A stretch of DNA of 64,000 nt from an uncultured Chloroflexia bacterium (GTDB lineage Bacteria > Chloroflexota > Limnocylindria > Limnocylindrales > CSP1-4). Below the pieces are notes generated by a model. That model was not told where the DNA came from and ran no database searches. It was given only the letters and a program-made list of their open reading frames with translations. The stretch spans positions 32,001 through 96,000 of the forward strand of contig CAVVYR010000019.1 in NCBI GenBank assembly GCA_963752475.1, in the 5' to 3' direction. The position numbers and the translations under genes are program-made. This document shows, one piece after another, positions 1 through 10,330 of this stretch (its first letter is position 1; each line of letters opens with the position of its first letter).

Positions 1-517
1 CAAGGTCCGCGGCGAAGACGAACCGTCCTCCGGGCGCGACCACGATGCAGTGCGTATGCGGCCCATCCTGTCGCTCGGCGTTCGGCCCCGATCCCGCGTG
101 TCGATGGGCGCTCGCGACCCGACCCAGGGAACCGTCTGCCCCGACCGGCATCAGCGCCACTCGGCCACGACCGTAGTCGGCCAGCAACAACACCCGGCCC
201 GCCGGGTCTGTCGTCAGGTAGCTGGCCCAGGCGCCACCCATGCCCTGGACGCCGAGCAGCTCCAGCGACCCATCGGCCGCCGAGACGGCGTAGGCGCCGA
301 TGATGCCCTCTGGCCGCTCCGGGACCTCGGACGCGGCGTAGAGGAAGCGTCCATCGGGCGAGAGGCACAGGAATGCGGGGCTGTCGATGCCCCGCACGAC
401 CTGCTCGAGCTTCAGCCGACCCGCGATCGGCTCGTAGTCGAAGACGTAGAGGCCCTCACCATTCGTCGATCCCAGGTAGGGCGCCGGCTGGGTGAAGGTC
501 CCGACGTAGAGCTTCGT
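1..517 (-). CDS. Lactonase family beta-propeller protein (6-phosphogluconolactonase/YkgB-like), runs off the window end; apparent ACG start
   Basis: Not in ORF track. Manual translation: KLYVGTFTQ...GEGLYVFDY...SPAFLCLSPDGRFLYAASE...HAGSGPNAERQDGPHTHCIVVAPGGRFVFAADL, typical of the lactonase family. Confidence 0.85.
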
Positions 518-519
518 GG

Positions 520-1707
520 CTACTCCTCGGGCAGGTCCAGCGGGTAGTTCCCGTACTCGCGCACGGTCTTGACGATCAGGTCGTAGGTGTGGCCGGAGAC
601 GTCACTCGAGACGGAGTGGTCGGACATGAAGATGTAGCCGCCGCCATAGGCTGCGCGCAGGCGGTGCAGGACCTCGCGGCGGACCTCGTCCGGGTCACCC
701 CGCTCCCACACGCGCATGTCGCTGTTGCCGCAGAACGTGAGGCGGTGGCCCAGGCGCTCGCGCAGCTCGACCACGTCGAGGCCGGCCTTGGCTTCGAGCG
801 GGTTGTAGCCATCGAGGCCGATCTCGATCATGTCCTCAAGGTAGCTGTTGGCGTTGCCGCAGCCATGGAACATGACCGGTAGATCGTGTGAGTGGCAGAG
901 CTCGATGATGCGCGCGATCGTCGGCTTGTAGTACTTGCGCCAGTAGGTGGGGCCCATGAAGAGGCCCTTCTTGTAGGCCGCGTCGCCCCAGATGACGAAG
1001 CCGTCGAGCAGGCCGTCCGCCGCTTCGATCTGCGCCTTGGCCACCTCGTAGCCGAACTCGCCGATGCGCAGCAGTTGCTCACCGAAGCGCTCGGGATACT
1101 CGCCGATCCAGGTCAGCGTGTTGAGCTGGCCCAGCAGGCGAGTGGTGATCTCCGAGGACTCGGTCACGCTGCCGTAGACGGGGAAGTCCGGGTGCAGGCT
1201 CCTGACCGTCTCGACCCACGGCGGGCTGTTGCGTTCGAAGCCATCCCCGACCCCGGCGATCTGATTGTCGCCGGCCTCGAAGTAGCGCCGTCGGTCCCAG
1301 GGGTCGTCGAACTCGAAGGCCTCCATCTTCTCGATGGTGTCGGTCTCCCAGCTGATCTGCTCCGGCATGGGCAGGTCGAAGCGCTTGCGGATCTGCGTCT
1401 CGAAGCCGGTCTTGAGCACGACCTCCTCGTCGTCCTCCTTGATGGTCTCGAAGTCGCGGATGTGCGGGTCCATGTTGGGGACCGTGACGATGAAGTCGAG
1501 GTCGTAGTAGCGATGGGGATCGGCATCGTCAGGCAGGCCCAGCTCCTGGCGCCAGCGCCTGGTGAAGGAGCCCCAGAAGAAGTCGCTGATGGGGACCCGG
1601 TCGGCCTCCTCATGCGCGAAGGTCTTGCGTAGGCGCTCGAGCTTGGCCAGCGTCTCGGGCTGGCGTTCGATGCCCTCGGACGCCTTGATGGTTCCGAAGA
1701 AGCTCAT
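520..1707 (-). CDS. Uroporphyrinogen decarboxylase superfamily protein (MtaA/CmuA-like methylcobamide methyltransferase)
   Basis: N-terminal ADRVPI; WGDAAYKKGLFMGP, FHGCGN and GGGYIFMSDHSV motifs; adjacent to a corrinoid protein. Confidence 0.85.
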   Translation of the reverse strand: MSFFGTIKASEGIERQPETLAKLERLRKTFAHEEADRVPISDFFWGSFTRRWRQELGLPDDADPHRYYDLDFIVTVPNMDPHIRDFETIKEDDEEVVLKTGFETQIRKRFDLPMPEQISWETDTIEKMEAFEFDDPWDRRRYFEAGDNQIAGVGDGFERNSPPWVETVRSLHPDFPVYGSVTESSEITTRLLGQLNTLTWIGEYPERFGEQLLRIGEFGYEVAKAQIEAADGLLDGFVIWGDAAYKKGLFMGPTYWRKYYKPTIARIIELCHSHDLPVMFHGCGNANSYLEDMIEIGLDGYNPLEAKAGLDVVELRERLGHRLTFCGNSDMRVWERGDPDEVRREVLHRLRAAYGGGYIFMSDHSVSSDVSGHTYDLIVKTVREYGNYPLDLPEE

Positions 1708-1724
1708 GTGTTCGGTCCCCCTTC

Positions 1725-2357
1725 CTATGCTGCGCCGACCAGCGTCTTGGCCACGTCAGCCGCGGCGCCCGCATCCTCGGCGAACCCGTCCGCGCCCACC
1801 TCCGCGGCAAACTCGGCGCTCACCGGGGCACCGCCGATGAGCACCTTGGTGTCGACGCCGCTGGCTTTGACCGCTTCCACCGCCTTGCGCATGTGCGGCA
1901 CGGTCGTGGTCAGCAGCGCGCTCATGCCCACGATATCCGGCTGGTACTCCACTGCTGCCTCGGCGAAGCTCGAAGGGGAAACGTTGACGCCGAGGTCGAT
2001 GACCTCGAAGTTGGCCCCGCGCCACATCATGCCCACGAGGTTCTTGCCGATGTCGTGCAAGTCGCCCTCGACGGTGCCGATGACCGCGGTGTGCGGGGCC
2101 TTCACGCCGGACTCGGCGATGAGCGGCTCCAGCAGGGTCATCGAGGCCTTCATGGCGTTGGCTGCGATGAGCATCTCGGGCACGAAGATCTCGTCGCACT
2201 GGAACTGCTCGCCGATGACGGACATGCCCGGCACCAGCCGCTCTTCGACGATGAAGCTCGCGGCTTCTCCCTCGTCGAGGCACCCCTGCGTCAGCTCGAC
2301 CGCCGCCGCCTTGTCCCCGTCGATGACGGCCTGGGTCAATGGATGCATCTCAGCCAT
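1725..2357 (-). CDS. Corrinoid (B12-binding) protein, MtbC/MttC-like
   Basis: Cap domain (EIFVPEMLIAA), base-off His-on motif GDLHDIGKNLV, MSALLTTT and IGGAP. Confidence 0.95.
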   Translation of the reverse strand: MAEMHPLTQAVIDGDKAAAVELTQGCLDEGEAASFIVEERLVPGMSVIGEQFQCDEIFVPEMLIAANAMKASMTLLEPLIAESGVKAPHTAVIGTVEGDLHDIGKNLVGMMWRGANFEVIDLGVNVSPSSFAEAAVEYQPDIVGMSALLTTTVPHMRKAVEAVKASGVDTKVLIGGAPVSAEFAAEVGADGFAEDAGAAADVAKTLVGAA

Positions 2358-2402
2358 GGTTCGGTTCCTCCCTCTCGCGCGCGTCTCCGCGTGGCCTTGG
2401 TC

Positions 2403-3494
2403 TCATTGGTCGTCGCCGCCGATGTTCACGACGCATCCGGCCTCACCGGACTCGTAGAGCGCGTGCACCAGCTTCAGCGTGCGTAGGTTGTCGCGAGCAC
2501 CCGACTCGGGCTCCCCGCCATCGGCGATCGCCTCCAGCAAGGAGCGCACCGGGCCCAGGAATGAGTCCGGCACCCAGCGACGGGTGACCGGATAGGGCAG
2601 CCAGCCGTCGGTCGGCAGGCTGCGGCTCCAGAGTTCGAGCGTGTCCGGCCGTCCATGCGGGTAGTCCAGCAGGAGACCCAGCGTGCCGCGGATGGAGCCC
2701 TCGGAGCCGTCGATGCGGAAGCGCGCCTCGTTGTCGCCAGCCACGTTCATGTGGTTCGTGTGCACGATCGCCCGCTGGTCGCGGGTGTAGTCGAGGATGC
2801 TCAGCGTGCGCGTCTCTCCCACCGCCTCCTGGCCCGGCAGCCGCCATTGGCGCCCGAAGACCGACACGGGATCGCCCAGGAGCGCCCGGCAGGTGTCCAG
2901 GTAGTGGATCGAGTGGTTGAGCAGGTCCAGGCGCGGCGCCTCCGTCAGCCAGCCCCAGCCGGAGAAGTCGGTCTCGAGGTTGACCTCGAAGGTGACGGTC
3001 GAGACGTCGCCGATCCAGCCGCGCTCGACCATCGCGCGAGCGGCGAGCATGCCCTCCTCATAGCGCATCTGTTGCTGGACCGCGACCTTGCGCCCCAGTT
3101 GCTCGGCTCGTTCGATGATGCGCTCGGCCTCGTCGATATCCCAGGCCAATGGCTTCTGGCACATGAGGTCCTTGCCGGCTTCGAGCGCGCGCAGGGCGAT
3201 CTCCGTCTGCGCCTGGGGCACGACCGCGATGTCGATGATGGCCACGTCCGGATCGGCCAACAGGTCGTCGAGCGTCTCGTGGACCCTGGGGATGCCGTGC
3301 CGTTCGGCGAAGGCCTCGGCCTTGTCGCGGGACCGTCCCCAGATGGCCGGCACCGGGATGCCGGCAGCCTTGTAGGCGGGCAGGTGCGCGGCTTCGAGGA
3401 TGGCTCCGCTGCCGACGATGCCGATCGGCAGGACCTGGTCCGGCTTCGGCATGAGGTCGCAGGCTTCGGCGATCTCGGCGAGGGGACCGATCAT
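2403..3494 (-). CDS. Gfo/Idh/MocA family oxidoreductase
   Basis: IGIVGSGAI Rossmann motif, CQKP motif, NHSIHYLD. Confidence 0.9.
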   Translation of the reverse strand: MIGPLAEIAEACDLMPKPDQVLPIGIVGSGAILEAAHLPAYKAAGIPVPAIWGRSRDKAEAFAERHGIPRVHETLDDLLADPDVAIIDIAVVPQAQTEIALRALEAGKDLMCQKPLAWDIDEAERIIERAEQLGRKVAVQQQMRYEEGMLAARAMVERGWIGDVSTVTFEVNLETDFSGWGWLTEAPRLDLLNHSIHYLDTCRALLGDPVSVFGRQWRLPGQEAVGETRTLSILDYTRDQRAIVHTNHMNVAGDNEARFRIDGSEGSIRGTLGLLLDYPHGRPDTLELWSRSLPTDGWLPYPVTRRWVPDSFLGPVRSLLEAIADGGEPESGARDNLRTLKLVHALYESGEAGCVVNIGGDDQ

Positions 3495-3502
3495 GGCGTG
3501 GA

Positions 3503-4348
3503 TTACTCCTCGATGCGATAGAAGGCGGCGGCGGTGCCACCGAGGATGGCGTCGCGCTCGGCATCCCCCACACCGAGCTCGTCGAGGGCGAGGTTGGTCT
3601 CATCCCAGACCTTCGCATAATCGCCCGCGAGGATGGCCACCGGCCAGTCGCTGCCGAACAGCAGGCGCTCGGCGCCGAAGACCTCGAGGCTGTGGCCGAT
3701 CGACTCGACGAGGTCTGCGCCGGTCCAGGTCTCCGGGTCGGCCGCGGTGTTGAGGCCGCTGATCTTGGCGTAGACGTTGGGGTGCTCGGCCGCAGCGGTC
3801 ATCTCCGTCTTCCAGACGTCGTACTCGCCCGAGGCGATGGGCGGCTTGGCCAGGTGATCGATGACCATCTTCAGGTCCGGGCACGCATCGGCCAGCGCGG
3901 GCACGTGCTTCAGGTGCAGCGGATGGACGGCGATGACGTCGAAGGTCAGCGCGCGTTCCTCGAGGATCTTGAGCCCATCGATGACCTCCGGCCGCACCAG
4001 CCAGTCGGGATCGGCCTCCTCGTGGTTGAGGTGGCGCACGCCCTTGAACCAGGGGTTCGCCTCCAGCTCGTCGAGCTTCCGCTCAGCCAGCCTATGCGCA
4101 TACAGCGGGACCCAACCCACGACCGCACCGATCCATTCGTGTTCAGCGGCCTGCGCGAGCATGGCCTCGGTGTCCTCGAAGTTGTCCGCCGACTGCACCA
4201 GCACCGTGCGGTCGACGCCCGTGGCGGCCAGCTGTGGCTCCAGCTCGGCCGGCTCGAACGTGCGGTAGATGGGCCCGTACGCGGGCAGGAGCCACGCGTA
4301 GTAGACCTGCTCCGGGTTCCAGAAGTGCTGGTGGCTGTCGACGATCAC
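3503..4348 (-). CDS. Amidohydrolase family protein, L-fuconolactonase-like
   Basis: MIVDSHQHFW, KGVRH, IDHLAKP, AKISGL and FGSDWPV motifs. Confidence 0.9.
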   Translation of the reverse strand: MIVDSHQHFWNPEQVYYAWLLPAYGPIYRTFEPAELEPQLAATGVDRTVLVQSADNFEDTEAMLAQAAEHEWIGAVVGWVPLYAHRLAERKLDELEANPWFKGVRHLNHEEADPDWLVRPEVIDGLKILEERALTFDVIAVHPLHLKHVPALADACPDLKMVIDHLAKPPIASGEYDVWKTEMTAAAEHPNVYAKISGLNTAADPETWTGADLVESIGHSLEVFGAERLLFGSDWPVAILAGDYAKVWDETNLALDELGVGDAERDAILGGTAAAFYRIEE

Positions 4349-4376
4349 GCTGGGCTGCTCTCCTCCCCGTGCGGCC

Positions 4377-5678
4377 TCACGTGGCGTAGTCCTGCACGAC
4401 CTCGGCCGCGATGTCGGCCCACTGCCACAGGCGCTGGGGCTCGTATCGGACGGTCGAGATGTCCTTCATGATCAGCTCGCGGTGGCAGCCCCTCGAGGCA
4501 TCGAGGAACTCGACCAGCTGGTCGCGCGCCATCTGTGGGTCGAACTGGTCGCGAGCGAAGACGTTGGGGTTGGGCTTTCGCGAGAGGACGTAGTCGGTGC
4601 CGACCTGCTCGACCATGGACTCGACGTTGGCCCACGGGGTCGTCGAGATCTTGCGCAGGTTGGGGATGCGCTTGATGACGTCGATGGACTGGTCCAGTGG
4701 CTCGCAGCAGCCGTAGTAGGTGAGCCCGAAGCGCTTCAGCCACTTGAGGTCGTGTTCGACCGCGAACTCCCAGCGCATCTGGGGTGAGACCTCGCTGAAG
4801 ATCTGGGCGTTGCTGCAGCCCCACATGTCGTGCGTCTTGACCCAGGCCGGATCGTAGTCGTCACCGGGCAGCTCGCTGGTGTGGCCATAGCCGCCGGAGC
4901 CGATGCGCGTGTTGTTGTTATCGAGTGAGAGCAGGTTCATGGACTCGAACTGGTCCATCTCCACCATCCAGGCTTGCACCGTGCGCTCGACGCCGGCGTG
5001 TACGAGGTCGGGGCGCATGACCAGGTCCATCATCGCTTCCTGCACGCCCCACCAGCGCACGAGGAAGTCCCAGGGCGTGTACCAGACGTGGGTCTGACCC
5101 TGCTTCTTCACGGGCATGATGCCGTCATAGACCTCGGACATGGCCGTGAAGCGGAACTCGGTCGCCTCCTCGTTGTGCGTGACCACCGGCATCTTGATCT
5201 TCTCGAGGTCGTCCCAGTCCTTGATCTGGATCTGGAACTCGCGCGAGACGATGTCGTTCTCGTCATCGGTCTTGGCGACCTTGACGTCTTCGATGATGCC
5301 GAAGTCCGTACTGTGGATGGCCAGTGGGCAGGCGAGGAAGTCGTTGATGATCATGTCGCCCTGGAGATGGCGCCACTGGTACAGCGTCCGGCGCAGGTCG
5401 CGCTCCTGGTCCTGGGCCCAGGGGTCCTCGGTCTGGAGGGTGAGCTCGCCATCGACGTCCATCTCGTGCCAGGGGATCTCGTTGATCCAGACCATCGGCC
5501 GCTCGGACTCGAGGTCGTTGAGCTTCTGCCACAGCCGGGCCCGTTCCGCGTTGACCGGGTCCGCGGCGGCTTCGGCCAGGTCCGAGGCCAGCGCGCGCAG
5601 GATGTCACGATCGTGCTCGGAGACCTCGATCTCGTGCGCGATGGGCGGCGGTTCGTAGTGGCTTGGGTCGTGCAGCAT
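4377..5678 (-). CDS. Divergent URO-D superfamily protein (putative methyltransferase)
   Basis: 433 aa; EVSPQMRWEF, YYGCCEP, RKISTTPWAN, SRKPNP and MKDISTV fit the C-terminal half of a URO-D-like TIM barrel. Confidence 0.65.
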   Translation of the reverse strand: MLHDPSHYEPPPIAHEIEVSEHDRDILRALASDLAEAAADPVNAERARLWQKLNDLESERPMVWINEIPWHEMDVDGELTLQTEDPWAQDQERDLRRTLYQWRHLQGDMIINDFLACPLAIHSTDFGIIEDVKVAKTDDENDIVSREFQIQIKDWDDLEKIKMPVVTHNEEATEFRFTAMSEVYDGIMPVKKQGQTHVWYTPWDFLVRWWGVQEAMMDLVMRPDLVHAGVERTVQAWMVEMDQFESMNLLSLDNNNTRIGSGGYGHTSELPGDDYDPAWVKTHDMWGCSNAQIFSEVSPQMRWEFAVEHDLKWLKRFGLTYYGCCEPLDQSIDVIKRIPNLRKISTTPWANVESMVEQVGTDYVLSRKPNPNVFARDQFDPQMARDQLVEFLDASRGCHRELIMKDISTVRYEPQRLWQWADIAAEVVQDYAT

Positions 5679-5731
5679 GGTCGTCCCTCCTGCTCAGTGG
5701 TCGTCGGTGCGTGTTCGGCGTCGTTGAAGCG

Positions 5732-6826
5732 TCATGACTCGCCCTCCGGTAGCCGAGCGCGAACCTGGCGACGGGGCGGAGGAGCGGTCGATCCACGTTC
5801 CATCAACACCGGCCCCGGATCGGTGATGGTGGTGTCAGCGCCAGGCTGGCCGGAGAGGCGGTCATGGAGCATGCGCATGGCCTCTCGGCCCATCTGCAAC
5901 TGCGGCAGGCGCACGGTCGTGAGCTTGGGCTGCGTGTAGTCGCTGATCCACCAGTCGTGGATGGCCACCATCGAGAGCTGCTCTGGTACCCGCAGGCCGA
6001 TCTCCCGAGCGCCTTCGAGTGCGCCGAGGGCCGCGTGGATGTTGACCGCAACAACGGCGGTGGGGCGGCGCTTGCGCGCCGTGCAGAGCTGACGCATGGC
6101 AAGCCGGCCCACTTCGGGCTTGTAGGGACCTCTCACGACCCACGCTGAACGGCGGCGCATACCGGCTCCGTGGATGGCCTCGAGGTAGCCCTTCTCGCGT
6201 TCACGTGCGGCGTAGTTGTGCTTGTCGCCACCGATCAGCGCGATGTCGCGATGGCCGAGGTCGAGCAGATGTCGTGTGGCCATGCGCCCGGCAGCGAGGT
6301 CGTCGTGGACCACCGATCCGCGCCGCGACCAGCGCGAGTTCATGAGCACGATGGGGCGTCCGCCCGATCCGGCGAGATGGGCGAATTCGCGCTGGTCGGT
6401 CTCGTCAAGACGCTGGATGAGGAAGCCGTCGACGCGGCCTTCCCCGGCCAGCTTGCGCAGGAAGTCGGCGCCAGGCTCGAGGTGCTCCGCTCGGCTCATG
6501 AGCACGTGATAGCCCAGCTCGTAGGCGGTCTCGTCGATGCCCCGGATGAGCTCGCTGAAGATGGGGTTGTTGAGGTCGGGCACCAACACGCCGATAGCGA
6601 AGGCCCGGTTCAGACGCAGGGAACGAGCGGCATGGCTGGGCGTGTAGCTGAGCTCCTTCACCGCTTGGTGGATGCGCTCTCGCGTCTCGGGGCGTGCGCG
6701 CAAGGCAGGGTCGCCATTGAGCTCGCGTGAGACGACGGAGATGGACACGCCGGCCCGCTTGGCCACGTCAGCCTGTGTCACGCGAGTGGTGTCGCTCGTC
6801 TTGTCCGGTGCGCGTCCACTACCCAT
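5732..6826 (-). CDS. LacI family transcriptional regulator
   Basis: TQADVAKRAGVSISVVSRELN HTH, AARSL hinge helix, PKLTTVRLP. Confidence 0.95.
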   Translation of the reverse strand: MGSGRAPDKTSDTTRVTQADVAKRAGVSISVVSRELNGDPALRARPETRERIHQAVKELSYTPSHAARSLRLNRAFAIGVLVPDLNNPIFSELIRGIDETAYELGYHVLMSRAEHLEPGADFLRKLAGEGRVDGFLIQRLDETDQREFAHLAGSGGRPIVLMNSRWSRRGSVVHDDLAAGRMATRHLLDLGHRDIALIGGDKHNYAAREREKGYLEAIHGAGMRRRSAWVVRGPYKPEVGRLAMRQLCTARKRRPTAVVAVNIHAALGALEGAREIGLRVPEQLSMVAIHDWWISDYTQPKLTTVRLPQLQMGREAMRMLHDRLSGQPGADTTITDPGPVLMERGSTAPPPRRQVRARLPEGES

Positions 6827-6865
6827 CGCCGGCGCCTCGTCAGCCCGCTTCCTGCGCCAAGCGTC

Positions 6866-7805
6866 CTAGCCCTTGACCGCGCCGACGACGGCACCGCGCA
6901 TGAGGTAGCGCTGGGCGGCGATGAAGAGGATGAACAGCGGGATGATGGTGAGCGTGGTAGCCAGGGCCAGCTGTGGCAGCCACATCTTCACGGCCAGGCC
7001 GGTGGAGGTCGAGGGGTCGAAGATGGGGCTCGCGCCGATGAGCTGCTGCAGGCCGACCGACAGCGGGCGCTGGTCCGACAGCGGCAGCATCACCAGCGGC
7101 AGGAAGTAGTTGGTCCAGTTGGCCACGAAGCTGAAGAACACCACCAGCGCCACGGCCTGCTTGGCCAGCGGCGCGGCGATCCTGACGAAGATCGAGACGT
7201 CCGACGAGGCCGTCGATGCGCGCGGCCTCGATGAGCTCGCGAGGCAGGGTCGTCAGGAAGTGGATGTAGGAGAGGTACACGCCGAAGGGATAGAAGGCCA
7301 TGATGACGATGACCGACCAGAGCTCGCCGATGCTGAACATGGGCAGCACCTTCCCGATGGCGCTGAACTCCAGGAAGATGGGGATGACCAGCACGGTGTT
7401 GGGCATGACCATCGTCAGCAGCGTCACGAAGCGCAGCACGGAGCGGCCGGGGAAGCGCAGCTTGGCGATGGCGTAGCCCGCGGGCACCGCGGACACGACC
7501 GCCAGCAGCGTGGCCGTCGTGGCGATGACGATGGAGTTGCCGAACCAGGTCGTGAAGATGCCGCTGTTGAAGGCGAGGACGGTCTCCCAGTTGCGGATGA
7601 CGTTGTCCAGCGACAGACCCGACAGCGAGTAGACGCTCTCCACGACCCGGCCGTTGTCCGCCTCCTGGCGGAACGACAGCAGCATGAAGGTCACGATAGG
7701 CACGGCGAAGACCAGCGCCATCAGCGCGAGCGTGCCCACGCGCACGAGCCGTCCGGAGGTCCAGGCCTGGCCGGCGTGACGCGCGGAGTCGTTGTCGGTG
7801 CTCAT
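6866..7805 (-). CDS. Carbohydrate ABC transporter permease (frameshift near 7205)
   Basis: ELIEAARIDG loop in one frame; continues SDVSIFVRIAAPLAKQ...NWTNYFLPLV...GAVKG in another frame after one extra base. Confidence 0.85.
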
Positions 7806-7817
7806 CGGGGTCGCATC

Positions 7818-8738
7818 TCAGGCGTGCTCCGTGTCCGCGAACAGCCCGCTGCGCTCGATGACGATGAGGCCGATGGCGAGGGAGATGCCCAGCAGCAAGA
7901 CGGCCATGGCCGCCGCCGCGGGCGTGTCCAGGATCTGGAAGGCGTACGTGTAGCTGAGCTGGTTGGGGCTCCATTGCGGTGATATCTGGCCGGCCGTGAC
8001 TGCCGAGAGGACCTGCACTTCGATGAAGAGCTGGAAGCCATAGGCCACGTTGAGCAGCGCCATGTAGCCGATCCAGGGCCGGATGATGGGCAGCTGGATG
8101 CGCCAGGCGATGGCGACCTTGCCGGCACCATCCACGGTGGCCGCTTCCATGACTTCCTCGTTGATGCCGTTGAGGCCGCCATTGACGATGACCAGCCAGG
8201 TGCCCGCACCCTGCAGGAACAGGATCCCGGTGAGGATCACGGGCATGTGCTGCGGCTGCGCCACCTGGTTGATGTTGGTGTAGCCCAGGAAGTCCCAGAG
8301 CGGGTCGATCGGGCTCTGCCCGGGATTCATGATGAAGAGCCAGAGCACGATGTTGGCGATGCCCGCGAGTGCACCCGGCATGTAGTAGAGGAAGCGCATG
8401 CTCGAGCCGTAGCGGCCCGGGCTGTTGTAGACGAGCAGCGCCAGACTCACGACGCCGATCATCATCACCGGGATCCACACCGCCAGCGTGGTCAGGATGT
8501 GGATGAAGGTGTCGGCGAAGCGGAAGTCGCTGATGATGCGCTCGTAGGCCGAGAAGCCGAAGCCTCCGCCCCGCTCCTGCAGGCTGATGTAGATGCCGTA
8601 GAGCATCGGGATGATGCCTGCGATCAACAGCAGGAAGCTGAACGGCGCGATGAGGATGAAGGCGGCACGGACCTCGGCCCACAGAGGGGACCGCGGGCGC
8701 AGGCTTCGCCTTCGGTTGGTCGCGGTGGAGACGCTCAT
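7818..8738 (-). CDS. Carbohydrate ABC transporter permease
   Basis: Multiple TM segments; EEVMEAATVDGAG motif. Confidence 0.9.
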   Translation of the reverse strand: MSVSTATNRRRSLRPRSPLWAEVRAAFILIAPFSFLLLIAGIIPMLYGIYISLQERGGGFGFSAYERIISDFRFADTFIHILTTLAVWIPVMMIGVVSLALLVYNSPGRYGSSMRFLYYMPGALAGIANIVLWLFIMNPGQSPIDPLWDFLGYTNINQVAQPQHMPVILTGILFLQGAGTWLVIVNGGLNGINEEVMEAATVDGAGKVAIAWRIQLPIIRPWIGYMALLNVAYGFQLFIEVQVLSAVTAGQISPQWSPNQLSYTYAFQILDTPAAAAMAVLLLGISLAIGLIVIERSGLFADTEHA

Positions 8739-8762
8739 GCTCGCTCGTGATGCGCCGATGAA

Positions 8763-8879
8763 CGGATGGTGAGGCCGCGCAGAACGGCGAACCCCATCCG
8801 GTGTCGGTGAGGATGGGCGTCAGGGACGCCCGGATCGACGCTGGGGTGTGGCGACGCCATGCCGGGGCACGGCGTCGCC
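8763..8879 (-). other. Three stem-loops between substrate-binding and permease genes (mRNA stabilisation or attenuation)
   Basis: GGCGACGCCATGCC/GGCACGGCGTCGCC (8850-8879), GGGCGTC/GACGCCC (8815-8831), CGGATGG/CCATCCG (8763-8800). Confidence 0.55.
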
Positions 8880-8885
8880 GATCAC

Positions 8886-10229
8886 CTACTCGTCCTCGTC
8901 GACGACCTCGTAGCCGAAGGTCTTGGCCTCGTTGATGAGCTGGTTGCTGAACGCATCCCACGCCTCACCAAGGGTGCCTTCGCCGGTCAGGACCGGGGTC
9001 ACGGTCTGCTGCCAGATGCCACCGGTGTTGTAGAGCATGTAGGCGAAGTCGCCGCGGACACGCTCGCCCGCGTCGATGAAGGCCTCTGCCAGTCCGTCGA
9101 AGTCGGCGAAGTAGCCGTCGGCTTCGGCCTTCTCCAGCCACTCAGCCTGGACCGGACCGTAGGCGGGCATGCCGGTGGAGAGCTCCACCTGCCAGCGCGG
9201 GTCGCCGGTCACGAACTTGAGGAACTCGAGGGTGTTCTCGAGCTGCTCGCCGGTGATGTGGGTCGAGACCGACCACAGACCGCCGCCCTCGTTGCCAGTG
9301 AAGCCGGGGTCCTCGTCGGCCCAGCGCAGGGCCTTGGCTGCGGTCATCTCGCCGGCCGGGATCTGCCACGTGTCGCGGAACAGGAAGTTGCCCCACCACA
9401 GGGCACCCGGGCTCATGACCAGGTCGGGACCGACCTCCGGCGCCTCGGGGCCGAAGATGCCCGCGGGCGTCATCGCGCCACCGTCGATCATCTCGTCGAC
9501 CAGCTCGACGACGCGCGTGCAGCGCTCGTCGGTCGGGTCGATGTGGACCTTGGTCTCTGAGATGCGGTCGTTGGTCGGGCAACCGGAAGCCCACAGATAG
9601 CGGGACGGGGCGTAGACGTCACCGAGGAAGCCCGAGATCCTGCCCGGGTGCTCTTCCGCGATCTGGATGCCGAGGTCGCGGTACTCCTCCCACGTCTCGG
9701 GCGCGGCGTAGCCGTTCTCGTCGAAGAAGGCCTTGTTGTACCAGAGCACATCGGGAGCCTGGTCGTTGCGCGCGCAGCGCACGCCGCCATCGATGTTGCA
9801 GATGCCGTTGGCGCCCTCGGAGTAGCCCTCGAGGTACTCGGGGATGTCCTGGGACAGGTCACGTGCGTAGTCGATCTGCGAGCTGGTGGCCCAGGCGATG
9901 TCGTCGTTGGAGGGGAAGAAGATGGCGTCCGGCCAGCCTTCTCCCGCCTGGTTGAAGAGCGCGAACTGCTGCTGCAGCGTGGCGTCCGTGCCGATCTGCG
10001 CGATCTGGTTGATCTCGATCTCGATCTCCGGATAGAGCTCCTTGAAGAGCTCTGCCGCGGGCACGCGGGGCGGGTCTACCCAGACCATGATGGGGCCACC
10101 GGAGTCGGTAGCGTCGGGGCTTTCCTGGCCGCCCTGCGCCAGGGTCGCACTCGCGCTGGTCGCTGCCAGCAGCAACGCCAGGGAGCCTCCCGTCACGAGG
10201 CGCAGTGAGCTCTTGTGGAACGAACCCAT
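8886..10229 (-). CDS. Carbohydrate ABC transporter substrate-binding protein
   Basis: Signal peptide (ASATLA-Q), LWYNKAFFDENG, PETWEE; SD GGGAGG before the ATG at 10229. Confidence 0.9.
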   Translation of the reverse strand: MGSFHKSSLRLVTGGSLALLLAATSASATLAQGGQESPDATDSGGPIMVWVDPPRVPAAELFKELYPEIEIEINQIAQIGTDATLQQQFALFNQAGEGWPDAIFFPSNDDIAWATSSQIDYARDLSQDIPEYLEGYSEGANGICNIDGGVRCARNDQAPDVLWYNKAFFDENGYAAPETWEEYRDLGIQIAEEHPGRISGFLGDVYAPSRYLWASGCPTNDRISETKVHIDPTDERCTRVVELVDEMIDGGAMTPAGIFGPEAPEVGPDLVMSPGALWWGNFLFRDTWQIPAGEMTAAKALRWADEDPGFTGNEGGGLWSVSTHITGEQLENTLEFLKFVTGDPRWQVELSTGMPAYGPVQAEWLEKAEADGYFADFDGLAEAFIDAGERVRGDFAYMLYNTGGIWQQTVTPVLTGEGTLGEAWDAFSNQLINEAKTFGYEVVDEDE

Positions 10230-10330
10230 AGAACTTCCTCCCAAGGTCGTGGCCTGCCGGCCACCTGTCGGTCCCGACGTCTTCTCCTCCGCACCGGGAC
10301 GGCCGCAGGTTAGACCTCATCAGGGGCGGC

